From assembly GCA_043228905.1 (NCBI GenBank), contig JBHGNT010000207.1, forward strand, positions 1 to 53,139: 53,139 nt of DNA. The letters run 5' to 3'. Positions 9,473 to 22,365 of the stretch are shown here, piece after piece. The stretch's first letter is position 1; every line of letters begins with the position of its first letter. Under the pieces are notes generated by a model. That model made no database searches and was not told the origin of the DNA. It worked only from the letters and a program-made list of their open reading frames with translations. The DNA is from Azolla caroliniana (lineage: Eukaryota > Plantae > Polypodiophyta). The translations under genes were made by a program, and so were the position numbers.

Positions 9473-11483
9473 TTAAGGCTCAATCCAATCTTCATATATT
9501 TCCAAGCTCACATCTTTTACCATCACTTTCTGATTCTCACCTTTCATCGTGAAATCAGCTTCGGAAGATCTATTGTGCAAAAAAGAACAGTGAAGTGAGG
9601 ACACCAAAAGGCTTCACTGAAATACCCACAAGTTTTTATTTATTTCTGTAAGTGCAATCCATAGTTTCGTTAATTTTGCAGAGAAAGAAAGAAGATTTAA
9701 CATTGTACAACTGTTTGATGGTATATAGTAGCATTTGAGAAAAATGAAACTGGAGGATATTCATGAATTTATTACCTGTCTCCTTCCTTCTCTGTATCAG
9801 ATATTAGATGAAATTTTGTGAAGTCTTCTGCCATCTCTTCACCCCCCTCCACTGGAGGATCATATTCATGAAGAAGTCTTCTCCATTTCCGAATTTGCCC
9901 ATCCCAACTACGCTTGCTGCAGACTTGCTTCGCATTCGGTGTCTGAGGATCTGATTTTTTCCTCTTGTCCCTAAGTCAAGGATAATGCAAACAAACTTTC
10001 ATTGAGTTTTAGCAACACAATACATCATCAAGTCACAACCCATTGTGACCGCTTCATAGCCAAAAGCAAAACTACAGTAAGGTTTCTAGTCCACAAGCAG
10101 ATTCCAGCGCTCACCTTGGAACAGTTTCAATATAGCGCTCATATCCAAGCGTGTTCTTCCCAAATTCAATTTGACGTTGCCTCTGATTCAGACGATGACC
10201 ATCAATCTCCTGCGGTGCTGCTCTAAACACTGGACATTTGCAGACCAGAATACATGCACAAGTGATTAGATCGAGAAAATAACATAATTCCACTGAAAAA
10301 TGCACCTATTTGTTCAAAAGAAATCACCTGGCTGAGAATTGATTAGGAATTTGTTAGTAACATCAACAAAAGCAGTCAAATCATTCCCTGATTTTGCTGT
10401 TATTTTCATTACATCTTCATTAACTGCAGAATTCTTCGTGTTTGGAGTTCCCATATCTGTCTTCCGACCATTCACATTTGCAATCTTGTCTTCTATGATG
10501 GCTTTTACACAACAAACATCAGAATCAGATTTTGATTCTATTACAGTTTTGGATTCTGAAACTTCATTCTCAGAAGGAAGCTCTCCTCTCAAGTCCCTGT
10601 CCATATATTCTAAGGGAGATCCACCATCATCAGGACTGATGTTCCCATGTGCAGGGGCCTTATCAAATTCACCATTAATACTACACGAGTCACTGAATAG
10701 CAATTGTGCTAACATCTTATACTGATCTTCTGATCCCGTAGAATCCACGCCATCATTCATATTTTCTGTGTCTAGACCAGTAGGAAGAGGACGTTGTTTC
10801 TCTTCTGCAGGACAGGCTCCTGTTAAATTATCAATCCCCCCACATGATTCATTGGCGGAAGATTCTTTTCGTTTCACTGCATCGAGAAAATTTAATCTCT
10901 GAACAAGAGACCCACAATTCCCATAGCCAGAAGTCGACTCCATCCGTTGTTCTTGTTGAACCAAAGAAGGACTAGCAATGCTCTTTCCAGTCTCAGTTTC
11001 TGCACAGTTATTGCGACAGAATCTTGGCCTTCTCTTGATAACATACAGATCAGGAGACCTAATACCAGGATCAGATCGTTTGGCCCCTGTAGTGTGGTGG
11101 ATTTCTGCATGCTCATAATGATGAATCGACCTAACAGCGTTTCCACTATCAAAGGAATGGTGATGTGGTTGAGAAGACTTGTGATTATGTTTGGATTCTT
11201 CTGCACATTCTCTTTCCTGGGTTGCAATGTCCTGGCGCCTTGGGGCATAACATCTGGAGGACCGAAACAGACCGTTTCTGGTTCTGGTTCTGGTTCTGGT
11301 TCTAGTTCCACCAGAGGAGGAACTCATCGATCGGTCTTCTTCTGGGGAGAGCGAAGCTTTAGAAGTTTCTACCGAAGCTCCCTGGTGGGGTCGTCTGGAA
11401 CAGTGATCGTGCGGAGGAGGATGAAGAGGAGGCCACATCTGAGGGCTGAGGTCAGCCCTAGGAGGAGGAGGAGGAGATCTCAT
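9473..11483 (-). CDS. SLBP: Histone RNA hairpin (stem-loop) binding protein homologue, ~520 aa, 4 exons
   Basis: Exons 11483-10328, 10229-10115, 9970-9776, 9569-9473 (GT-AG, phases 1/2/2, 1563 nt with stop). Spliced domain EIDGHRLNQRQRQIEFGKNTLGYERYIETVPRDKRKKSDPQTPNAKQVCSKRSWDGQIRKWRRLLHEYDPP aligns colinearly with the metazoan SLBP RNA-binding domain ([32 protein letters not shown]...[32 protein letters not shown], recalled from memory). Confidence 0.92.
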
Positions 11484-11643
11484 GGCGATTAGTTGAGGAG
11501 GAAGAAGACGACTCGATCAGACAGACAGAGAGACAGAAGAATGAGAGAGGGAGAGACAGACAGACAGATTAAGAAGAGGGGAGGGGGACAGGAAGACGCG
11601 ATCGAGAGTTTGAAAGCTTCCATCATTTCTCACTCTCGGATTC

Positions 11644-11709
11644 TCCCGCCAAAAAAGCCGAGCTCCCGCCAAAAAACACAACAAAAAAAATCGATTTTTC
11701 CCGCCAAAA
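11644..11709 (-). promoter_or_regulatory. Cluster of three E2F-type sites upstream of SLBP
   Basis: TCCCGCCAAAA at 11644 and 11664, and TTTTTCCCGCCAAAA at 11695. These read TTTTGGCGGGA on the gene strand and fit the plant E2F consensus WTTSSCSS. Confidence 0.75.
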
Positions 11710-12136
11710 TTTCCTCTCCGAATGGCCTCCTCCAATTTAACATACATAGTGCATGCCGTTTTTTTAGCACACCACCCCCTTTTAGCACACATGTAGCTAA
11801 GCCAACCCAAATGGGTAACATACCTTTGTGTCTTCTATATAAATTGAACAAGAAAATAAGAAGTTAAACAAGTTGGTTTGGATTCCTTCTATGTGCATTT
11901 CACATCATTGGTGGAGAAGTGGGGTGAAATTTTAGCCACTACCACCTCATTCATGACGTCCCAATTCCCTCTCGTCGCCTCTGAAGCCAATACCCCCTAT
12001 GCAGCCTGAGTTTCCCGCAACCTCATATGACCGGTCACCCACCCCCCTTCCAAATGGAGCAGCTCCTGCAAGTCCCCTCTCCAACATCATTCTATGTGCA
12101 TTTCACATCATTGGTGGAGAAAGAGGGTAAATTTTT

Positions 12137-14088
12137 TGTTGAGATATCAAACTCAACTAGGTTTAGTTATTTAGTCAACCATGTAACTTAGTAGTTACGT
12201 AGATAGAATCTAGTTAGAAGTGTTGACTATAAAGCCTTAAATAAGATTATGTACATTCTGGATCTTCTACTCCCAAGTACATTTAATATAGGACTTACAC
12301 CTTTGTACCTATATTCTCCTCACACATGTGCACCCTTGCACATGAGATCTATATATACCTCATCATGGGTATTTTTGTAACTTGATGATGCTTATTAATA
12401 TAGAGAAAAGTCTTTTGCGACACTCTTGTTAATCATCCCCCATGTTGTCTTATTGTTCATAAGTGTTCTTTCTCTTTTCCTCTCGTACTCACACACACAC
12501 ATAATATAATCTTCCGCTACTTAATCACATACGTGATTAACTACTCACATAATTAGATACTAATTAACTCTTATTTAAATACCTAATTATTAACATGGTA
12601 TTAGAGTGTGTGGTTTAGCACATCCATTAAGCCCATCCGCCTCTTTGAGATTGTGTGTTCAAGATGCCGACGACAAATCCGGCTATCTGCTACCGTATTG
12701 CCGCTACGTAGCATGTTTACGTGACCGAAGGAAGAAAAACAAAAAAGGAAGACACAACATCAACATAAACACACAAATGGGTAGCTCGCTCCCTAGTGAA
12801 AAGCTAGACCAGAGCAATTTTTCATCTTGGGAGTATAAGATGAACCAATACCTAGTCTGCTAAGGGAATTGGAGCTACATCAACGATGCACTCGAAAACA
12901 AACCTAACATCACAAACGCCAACTACCCAACATGGGAGCAAAGAGCAAGTCGGGTAATGTATTGCTTGGCAACATGTGACCACTTCGAAAAAGAAGAAGC
13001 GAGTCAGCTTCCACAAGTCGACAACTCACAAATTACGCCACCAACTTCGAATACGACGACTACGGTGGACTATTCGTAATGAGACATAGAGCGAACTCTA
13101 TGATGGCCTCCAACTCCACAAGCACCTCCAACTCGGAAGACGTGTGGTTCGTCGACTCCGGTGCCTCACATCATATGACGTCACACCAAGAGTGGTTTCG
13201 TGACTTAAGAACGCCGGATCGGCCCGGCTTCATAGAGACGGGAGACGACGCCACACATCCCATTCGGCACATCAGCAATGTTCCATTCGGCAACCATGGC
13301 CAAAATAATTGCATCAAGAATGTCTTGCACGTGCCCACAATAACAAAGAAATTGGTCTCGGTTGGCCAAATCGTGGAGCAAGGCATGCAAGTTCGTTTCA
13401 ACAACGAAGGATGCTTCATCGAGAAAAATGGCCGACTCATAGCTAAGGGACAAAGAGACGGTCGAATGTTCATTCTTGATTCGAATGAGGTAAAATCGGC
13501 CATGTATGCCAAAGGTCTCAAAACTGAGACAAGCATCGAGTTGGGGCACAAGAGAATCGGCCACATCAACCTCCAACGGCTTCGAGCGATGCAATGCAAG
13601 CGAGTCGTCATTGGACTTCCGACCTTTAAGTCGAAACGTGTTGACTGAGTGTGCGAAGCGTGTCAACTCGGCAAACAACATCAACTCCCATTCCTGAAGG
13701 AGAGCTACACAAGCAAATGCCTCCTCGACGTCATACACTCAGATGTATGGGGACCGACTCAAACGCCAACGATCGGCAGATGCCGATACTAGGTCACCTT
13801 CATCGACGACAACTCCCGCTACACATGGATCTTCGCGATGAAGAAGAAGAGTGAAGTGATGTCCCACTTTCGAAACCTCAAGAGCCAAGTTGAAAACGAA
13901 ACCGGTCAGCACATTCGATGCCTACGATCGGATGGAGCCAAGGATCCTCCACTCCCATGTTCATTTAATATAGGACTTACAAGGTTGTACCTATATTATA
14001 CTCACACATGTGCACCTTTGCACATGAGATGTATATATACCTCATTGTGGGTATTTTTGTATTTGATGATGCTTTTAATATAGTTAAT
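12137..14088 (+). mobile_element. Internally deleted Ty1/copia element: 5' LTR 12137-12595, PBS 12596-12606, decayed gag/protease/integrase, partial second LTR ~13943-14088
   Basis: TGTTG...TAACA then TGGTATTAGAG. Gag MGSSLPSEKLDQSNFSSWEYKMNQYL, protease WFVDSGASHHMT, integrase HSDVWGP...CLRSDG. Segment 13943-14088 re-matches about 12260-12405. Confidence 0.85.
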
Positions 14089-15985
14089 TGTGCGGATATG
14101 GTGGTTGACCAAAACCGAGTCTTAAACACTCAATGGAAGAACAAAACAGAAATGGAGATTCATACACTTACACAGACAACAGAGAGGACACAAGATGTTA
14201 ACGTGGAAAACCCTAATAGGGAAAAACCACGGGAGCCCACAAACTCCAACTATCACTATAAGAAGAGGATACAATGCGAGACTCAGTATCTTCACCAATC
14301 GGCGGTTACGACAGAAAACGAGTTTTGTATCTCGCGTTCTCTCTCTCCTAAGCTCTGTGTGTGTCTATACAGCAGAAAAAAATATATCAACTACTAACCA
14401 CAACTACAATCACTCCAAAGTGGTTGCTCTAAGTCATATTTATATTTATAGGACTTTAGGATGATTTACAAATATAGCCATGACAGGCACATCGGAAACC
14501 AGATCTCATTCGGGTGGACCGAATTCGCAACAAGCTTCCCCTTCAGTTTAGCATGGGATGTCTTGCCAATCCGATCCATCTCCTGCACGCATCAAGCTTG
14601 TCGGCTATCAACACCTTGGTCAACATGTCTGACCCGTTCTCCTCCGCATCGATCTTCAACAATGCGAAGTTTTGATCTTCTACTCCCGGAGCCAGTGGTA
14701 TCTACGTTGAATGTGTTTCGTCCTGGAGTGGTACGCCAGGTTCTTTGCAAGGTGGATAACACTTTGACTGTCGCATAAGAGACAAAATTCCTCTTGCCGG
14801 ATCACTAGCTCTCCGATGAAGTCCTTCATCCAGATTACCTCTTTACCGGCTTCTACGGCCACCATGTACTCCGCTTCCGTTGTCGATAGCGCAACGGACT
14901 TCTGCAGCCTCGACTGCCACGATACAGCTCCCTCTGCATATGTCATGACATATTCGGAAGTTGACCTGCTGGTATCTGCATCAATCGACATATCCGAATT
15001 CGTGAATCCTTCAAGTTGGGGTTTTCCTTAGCCGAATCAAAGGCACATACTCGAGGTGCCTTTCAAGTACCGGAGTATCCACTTGACCGCGGTCTAGTGT
15101 TCTCTTCCCGGATTGCTCAGGAACCGGCCGACCACTCTGACAACATATCTGATATCCGGCCGGGTACACACCATTGCGTACATCAAGCTTCTGGCGACAA
15201 AGGCATATGGTATCTTCATCATCTATGACTTCTTCGTCTTGTTCTTCGAACGTTGCTTTCCGGATAGCTTGCAGTTTGCCGGAAGTGTCGACCTGATCGG
15301 TTTAGCATCTGACATGTTGAACCTTTGATGCACCTTTGTCACGTAGTTTTCTTATGACAGCCACAACTGCTTCTTTGACCGGTCTCGGATTATGTGCACC
15401 CCTAGGATCTATCTCGCCGGACCCATATCTTTCATTGCGAATGACCAACTCAAATCCTTCTTCAACATTCCGATTTTGATATTGTCCCGTCCGACGATCA
15501 ACATGTTGTCCACATACAATAGTAGTATCAAGAAGTCTCCTTTGTCGAACTTCTTCACAAATATGCAGTGGTCAACCTGCATCTTGTGGTATCCTTGGTC
15601 GGTCATGAAGGAGTCGAACTTCCAATACCATTGCCGGGGAGTTTGCTTCAGTGTGTATAATCTCTTCTTCAACCGGCATACTAGGTGCTCCTTCCCTTTC
15701 TTGATGAATCCTTTCAGTTGTTGTATGTAGATCTCTTCTTCGAGGTTGGCATGTAGGAACGTTGTCTTGATGTTTAGTTGCTCTACCTTGAGGTCCATGG
15801 TTGCTGCTATGCTCAACATAGTCCGGATGGATGTCATTTTTATTACCAGGGCAAAGATCTCATCGAAATCCGTGACTCCTTTCTTTTGTTGGAAACCCTT
15901 CACAACAATGCAGGCTTTGTACCTTGATGAATTTCCGGCGTCTCCCGGTTTCAGCTTGTACACCCACTTGTTCCAGAGTGCACTC
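14089..15985 (-). mobile_element. Ty1/copia (Tork/Tnt1-like) 3' fragment: RT-RNase H, PPT, 3' LTR 14532-14089
   Basis: RT (KWVYKLK...LLLYVDNML...MKDMGPA), RNase H (VALSTTEAEY...HSRTKHI), PPT AAGGGGAAGCT, LTR TGTTGCG...CCGCACA. Frameshifted. Confidence 0.85.
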
Positions 15986-16333
15986 TGTCAAGGCCTTAGC
16001 TTGACAAAAGAAGTCTATTGAACAAGAGAGGAAAAGAAAGAGAGAACAATGACTATATTTTATTATAATAGGAAAATATACAAGAGCAAGAACTAGAATA
16101 TTTGCCAAAGACTGGTGTTGAACCAGAATGGTTCTAACAATACAATATGTCCTATTTATATATAGGAGTAATAGGTGCCCCTTGGATGTTTGTAGGGTCA
16201 TGATACCCTTTGGGATATTGAAGGGTCATGGCACCCTTTGGGATATTGAAGGGTCATGGCACTCTTTGGATATTTATAGGGTTACATTATCAATATTATA
16301 ATAAAGTAAATTATAATATCTTTATGTACAACA
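15986..16333. mobile_element. Probable solo or orphan LTR with an internal 28 bp tandem repeat
   Basis: TG...CA ends and a TATA-like cctatttata. agggtcatggcaccctttgggatattga occurs about 3 times at ~16195-16275. No TSD seen. Confidence 0.5.
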
Positions 16334-16339
16334 TATATA

Positions 16340-16949
16340 ACCGCTTATGCCATAGGTCAATGTCCGACTCGACCTTCTGCCCTTTCGCAAACATAGCGGT
16401 GCCCACATTGTTGGTTTCATGGATAAACATCCTCCCTTCACAGTGCCCTTGCACGATTACTTTGCCTTCCTCTTCTATCAAGCACCCTAGATGCGTGAAT
16501 CGAACTTGGATTCCCTGGTCGACAATCTGACCGACCGACACCAGGTTCTTCGTTATTGTCGGGATGTGCAACACGTTCATGAGTTTCCCTTTCTGCCCGA
16601 CGTGGCTGAGGGGAACTTCGCCGACATGTTCGATGGTATGTAGAATGTCGTCTCCCGTTTCAACCATTCCTTGTGATTCCAATTTCTCCAAGTACAAGAA
16701 CCATTCCTCATGACTCGTCATATGAGTTGACGCTCTGGAATCAACATACCATACCTCACTCGATTTCGAAGTGTTCATGGCCATAGAATTGGCCTTATGC
16801 TTCATTACAAAGGCAGGGCCCAATCTATTTCCAGCTCGTTCAGAGTCCTCAACGTAGTGCGACTTTTGACGCCTCTATGCATCTCTTCGGCTCGATCCGA
16901 CTTTGTCCGAATCGGCTCTCTTTTTCCAACACTCGCTCTCCTTGTGGCC
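16340..16949 (-). pseudogene. Copia gag zinc-knuckle / protease fragment
   Basis: GHKESECWKK..., VWYVDSRASTHMT, LHIPTITKNLVSVGQ, DLWHKRL. Cut by the LTR at 16950. Confidence 0.85.
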
Positions 16950-19900
16950 TGTGAATGTTAATGTGCGGAAGCGTCAGACAAAACCAGCTCAGTTGGATAG
17001 CAACAAAAAATGAGATGAAGGTTTAATGGAAAACCTTAAAACACAAAGGAGACAGAGAGAGTAGAACATAAAACTATATTCAAAAATTAACTCTAAAACT
17101 ATGTACATACAACGTGCTAAACAACACTATTTATACAAGTCCATAAAGGACTGACAGGTACTTCAATGCTCACACGTGCGACTGACACTAACTGCGAGAC
17201 AATGATTACCTAGTAGTCTAGGCTACTACTAGGCTTCCGGTTCCCACTCGAATCCGGCTCTCCGATCTGGCTCCCCGATCTGGCTCATCCTTCCGGATGC
17301 CGATTCGGCTTAGGCTTATTCAGCCGATCCGGATCCGGTTGAGCTTGCTCGCTCAACAGTCCCCCTCAAGCTCAACTTGAGGTCGGATCGTGGTGTTAGT
17401 GTCCGTGGCAACCAATTCTTCTACCCGTCTCCTTTTGGCGTTGCTCCGCCTCACTCGCGTTCCTTATCTGGTCCGGTCTTGTTTGCCGTGACCCTTCTGG
17501 TTTTGCGCACCTCGACCTCCTCGGTCGGCTTGTCTACTCAACAAGCCCATTTCAACTCCCTCGATGCTGCGACTCCGACGCTTGTCGACCCGTTGGTGTC
17601 AATTTCCACTGCGTCCGTGTCCGCTTGGACTTTAGTTGATCTGGCTTCTCCGAATCTTGAACCGAATCGGTTTCCTTCGATTTGTTCCAGCTTTTGTTTG
17701 AGTTAGTGTTCTCCAACTCGTCTTCCGGTTTCAGGCCCTTCACCACACCGGACCACGTCCGGGTCTTGGTCGTTTTCTTCCGGTCGGCTCTGTCCTTCTT
17801 GACTCTGTCGGCGCCGCCGCTTGTTCTGACCTTTTCGAATGTGCCGACTCCTTCGATCGGCTCAGCTTCCTTTTCCCTCTTGTTTCCCCCTTTGTTGGTT
17901 CTTTCTTCCTCTCCAGCTCCTTGTTCGGTGCCATCTGTTCCCTTTCCTTTTCTCCCCCTCAAGTGCGGCACGTCGAGATGCTAAACACCAAGCAATTCAG
18001 TGAAGTGATGCAACTTGTCCGAGCCGAGCGGTTTGGTGAAGATATCGGCAATTTGCTGATCCGTCTGAACATACCGAAGTTCTACTTCACCGCTCAAAAC
18101 CCGCTCTGCACAAAGTGATAGTGGACTTCTATGTGCTTCGTCCGAGCATGGAACATGGGCTTCTTGGCGAGTTGAATGCTGCTCATGTTGTCACAATAGA
18201 ACAAGATCGGGGTCGGGACCTCAAACCGTAGGTCTTGCAACAGTCGCCGAAGCCAGATGGCTTCACAGGTGGCATTGGTAGCGCCTCTGTCTCCCGGACT
18301 TGGGACAAAGCTTTTGGTTCTGGTCCAGGGGTGTGGAGACAGGTCGGCACTCTGTCATACTGAACTTGTACAACATATTCAACACATAGTGTCATTGTGA
18401 GAGCAATATGCAGTCGGGGGTTCAAATCACCTCAATCCCGAGAAAATAATGAAGGACCCCCAGGTCCTTCATTTCAAATGTGTCTGACAGCTAGGACTTT
18501 ACTCAGCAAATTTCATTGAGTCCAGGTCTGGTGATGACTAAATCATCAACATAAAGTAGGATGCAAACCGGACCGTCCGAACCTTGCTGGATGAACAACG
18601 ATGAGTCAGATTTAGAGGTCACAAACCCCATCTTACACAATCAGTGCGTGATCTTCGCATTCCAAGCTCGGGGGGCTTGTTTCAAACCGTAAAGCGATTT
18701 CTTGAACCGGCACACCGCCGACTTGTTCATCTCCAACTAGAAACCGGGAGGTGGGATCATATAGACCCGTTCTTCAAGGTCACCTTGAAGAAACGTATTC
18801 TTCACGTCCATCTGGTGAAGATGCCACCCCCTTGCCGCAACAACCACTAGTACCACACAAACCGTCGTCATCTTCGCTACCAGGCGAAGGTCTCGTCGTA
18901 ATCGATTCCCTGGGTATGTGCGTATCCCTTCGCCACTAACCGGGTCTTGTACCGGTGAACCGAACCGTCAGCATTGTACTTTACCTTGTACACCCATTTG
19001 CAACCGATCGGTTTACAGTGTCGGGGAGGGTCAACGAGGTCCCATGTGTCGTTGGCATCTAGTGCCCGCATTTCTTACTCCATAGCGGCACACCAATTTG
19101 CGTCCTTTGCCACTTCTACGTAGCTCTCCGGCTCACGCACTTCTGCCACCTTAGTCATGAACGCATAATGATGCGCCATGTACTCATTGTACCCGTACCA
19201 CGTAACAGGGTTCTTCAGGCGAGAAGACCGGCATAACTTGGTATTACCCGGTTTAGGGCCCTTCTTGGCCAGGTCGGACTTCGTTCCCGAAGATCCGCCT
19301 TCATCCTTTCCGGAGTCGGATTCGCTCCGATCTGACTCTATGTTGCCGGTTTCGTATTTCAACATCTTCTTCTTCCCCTTCTCTTTGTGTGTGAACTGTC
19401 TCCTCGGTTCCTTGCGCGGGGATAATACGTCAGAGTCTCCACTACTCGTCGGTTCCTCATTCGACTGGTCATCCCGACTCAGCGGGAATGAGATCAGACT
19501 CTCTTCTAGAGTGCCGAAGTCTTCATCTTCTACCTAGACCTCCTCGGGCTCACTAGCCTCATCTTTCGGAATTGAGTCTTCGTCGGGAGTTGGAGTCGGT
19601 AAGGAGTACCATGATGCCGTCTCATCAAACTCGACATCTCGGCTTACTCAGACCTGCTTAGTCCGGGGGTTATAGCACTTACACGCCTTTTGCTCATGCC
19701 AATAATCGACTAGAATGCACTTCTCCGACTTCAGATCCAGCTTCCTCCGCTTCTCATCCAGTACATGCACAAATGCTATGCTACTGAATATCCGAAGGTG
19801 TCTCAAATTCAGCTTTTGCCCAAAATACAACTCCTGTGTTGACACCTTGTCACCGATCCGGTTTTGGATGTAGACGGTCGTTCAGACCGCCTCGGCCCGG

Positions 19901-20200
19901 TAGAAATGGGGCATGCTCTTCTCCTCCAGCATTGCCCTTGCTGCGTCGACAATCAACCGGTTCTTCCTTTCGGCCACACCATTTTGCTTCGGTGTGTACC
20001 TGTAGCTGAATTCTCTCCAAATTCCGTTCTGCTGCAGATAACTGTTGAATTGGCCGGAAAAGTATTCCTTCCCGCCATCCGACCGCAGGCACTTGATCTT
20101 CCTCTCTGTTTCTCGTTCAACCAAGCTTTGAAGGTTCCGAAAACACTCGAAGACTTCACTCTTCCTCTCGATGTGGTAGATCCACGTGTGCCGGGTAGAA
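16950..20200 (-). mobile_element. Ty1/copia 3' half: integrase, RT, RNase H, extra C-terminal region, PPT, 3' LTR 17358-16950
   Basis: Integrase (KCLRSDGGKEY...QNGVAERKNR), RT (WDLVDPP...KPIGCKWVYKVK), RNase H, PPT CTTGAGGGGGAC, LTR TGTTGAGCG...CATTCACA. Many frameshifts. Confidence 0.9.
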
Positions 20201-20659
20201 GAACCGGCTGCCGAGGACAAACACCACGATCCGACCTCAAGTTGAGATTGAGAGCAAGTGTTGAACGAGCAAGCTCAACCGGATCCGGATCGACTGAATA
20301 AGCCTGAGCTGGATCAGTATCTGGATGGTATCCGAAAACAATCGGCCGGATCAGAGAGCCGGATTCGAGCGGGAAGTGGAAGCCTAGTAGTAGCCTAGAC
20401 TACTAGGTAATCATTGTCTCGCAGTGAGCATTGAAGTACCTGTTAGTACTTCTGTCAGTCCTTTATGGACTTGTATAAATAGTGTTGTTTAGCACGTTGT
20501 ATGTACAAAGTTTTAGAGTTAATTTTTGAATATAGTTCTATGTTCTGCTCTCTTTGTCTCCTTTGTGTTTTAAGCTTTTCTATTAAACCTTCATCTCATT
20601 TTCTGTTGCTATCCGACTGAGCCGGTTCTGTCTGATGCTTCCGCACATTAACATTCACA
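20200..20659 (+). mobile_element. Second 3' end of the same copia family in opposite orientation: 3' UTR, degenerate PPT, LTR 20259-20659
   Basis: Reverse complement of ~16950-17397, including the pre-PPT acaccacgatccgacctcaagttgag. Confidence 0.88.
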
Positions 20660-22365
20660 GTTCTCATGTAGGGAAACCATCTCGTCTTGCACGACACTTA
20701 ACCCTTTGCGGTTGTGAGTGTCTTTCTTTGCTTCTCAAAGCTCTCTTGGCTGGAATCGTTCATGACAACATTTCTTTGATATGCTCCTCCCTTTGACTTA
20801 TTCATTTCTTGCACATACTCCTACCATCAACATCTTTGTTTCTTCAACATACACCTCCCTTTTGACACCTTTTTGACACCCGAGTCTTTTTACTCCTAGA
20901 TCATTTAGACCCCATTTTTTCAAGTCCTCCTAACCTTACCATCCTCTTTGGTCTAAGATCCTTGTGGTCCAAGCACACACACACCTCTTCCTAGGACCCT
21001 TGAATGGATGTGCCTTTCTAAAAGAATCTCCATTTATTGGTTATCAAGTGCACCTATCATTCCTTCAATCCAATGACATTATTCTCTTTTAAACATTAAT
21101 GAACATACCCTACACGTATGTAGATATTAGTGACCTCCACTCACCTATGTTATGCATGCATAACATGAAGGGTGATAGAGTGTTTTTTTTCTAAAATTTC
21201 CTTCAATACCTAACCTCTAGGGAAATCCTTGTGTCACGCCTAAGGAATATGGTTAATCTAAGCTTGGACTTTGTTTATCTCTTCCCTAGGTTTAGGTTTG
21301 TCTACCCTTTACTCAATAAATTTTCCTTCAATATCACACCTCGTATTGAAGTGGAATTAGAACAATGAGGATAGGTGTTGCATGCATAGCCTATCATTAA
21401 ATCAAATCCATTAAGGACATGCTTAAGGTCAAAGGTTGTGAGACTTCTAAAGAGTTCAAGGTTTTGCTCATGACTTCAAGAAAAGTGAACATTGAGTTTA
21501 GCGAAAAAATTGTGATTTTTTTCAAGTTGTACTCTTCCCTATATATAAATATGTCATTCTCAAGTCTTCATTTCTCCATGTGTTTTTGCTTATTGTCCTA
21601 GTTCAGTGCTTTTTAGTATCTACTAAATCAGTTTGTTCCAAACCTACCAAAACTTAAACAACATTTTCAACACATAAATTGTCTACACAATGTTGAATAT
21701 GTCCATATTTTCATATGTTTCTAAATTCTACCCGTGCAAACTTGTTTCTTTCACTAACAATGAACAAGTAAAAACCATCATATCTTAAGAAATGCAAACT
21801 TGACCCTACAATTTGTTCTTCAGTAGATGTAGCATCGGACTCAATTTGGTCTTGCCCTATATTTGCAACATGCAAAACCATAAGCATTCTTAAAGGTTAT
21901 CTGCTTCATATACTTCGATCTGTCCATTCGTACCACCACATGTCTATAGAATAATAAAGAGACATCAACAGAATATTGCATGTAAAGGTATCACGAGAAA
22001 AATGCACATACGCCGTTTGTCCTGAGGGCTCAAATTTTGGTGATAATTTTACAAACTAGAAAAATGAGCATTATATGTATGCATACATATTTCTTTTAGA
22101 AAGTGGCTATGCTGCATCATTCATCATATTATTCAAGTATTATATAAACATAGCCAACATCAGAGTTTTAAAAGCAATGATTTCATTGGAAACTACCTGC
22201 ATCTATGTTGAGACTTTATGAACAACATCGGTTATACAAGAAAAATATAAACAAAATGAAGAGAAAGACACAATCAAACACCTCTGCATCATATTCAGCA
22301 AAGATGGATAATAGAGATTTTTCAAGAGCGATTGTGCTCTCCTTGCATATTTCGCAAAAAATAGA

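Noticed and set aside
11888-12137. ~45 bp direct repeat (11888 and 12091) as a TSD or PPT of the adjacent LTR
   Set aside because: Both copies lie on the same side of the LTR, and that LTR is a 5' LTR followed by a PBS. Likely a small local duplication.
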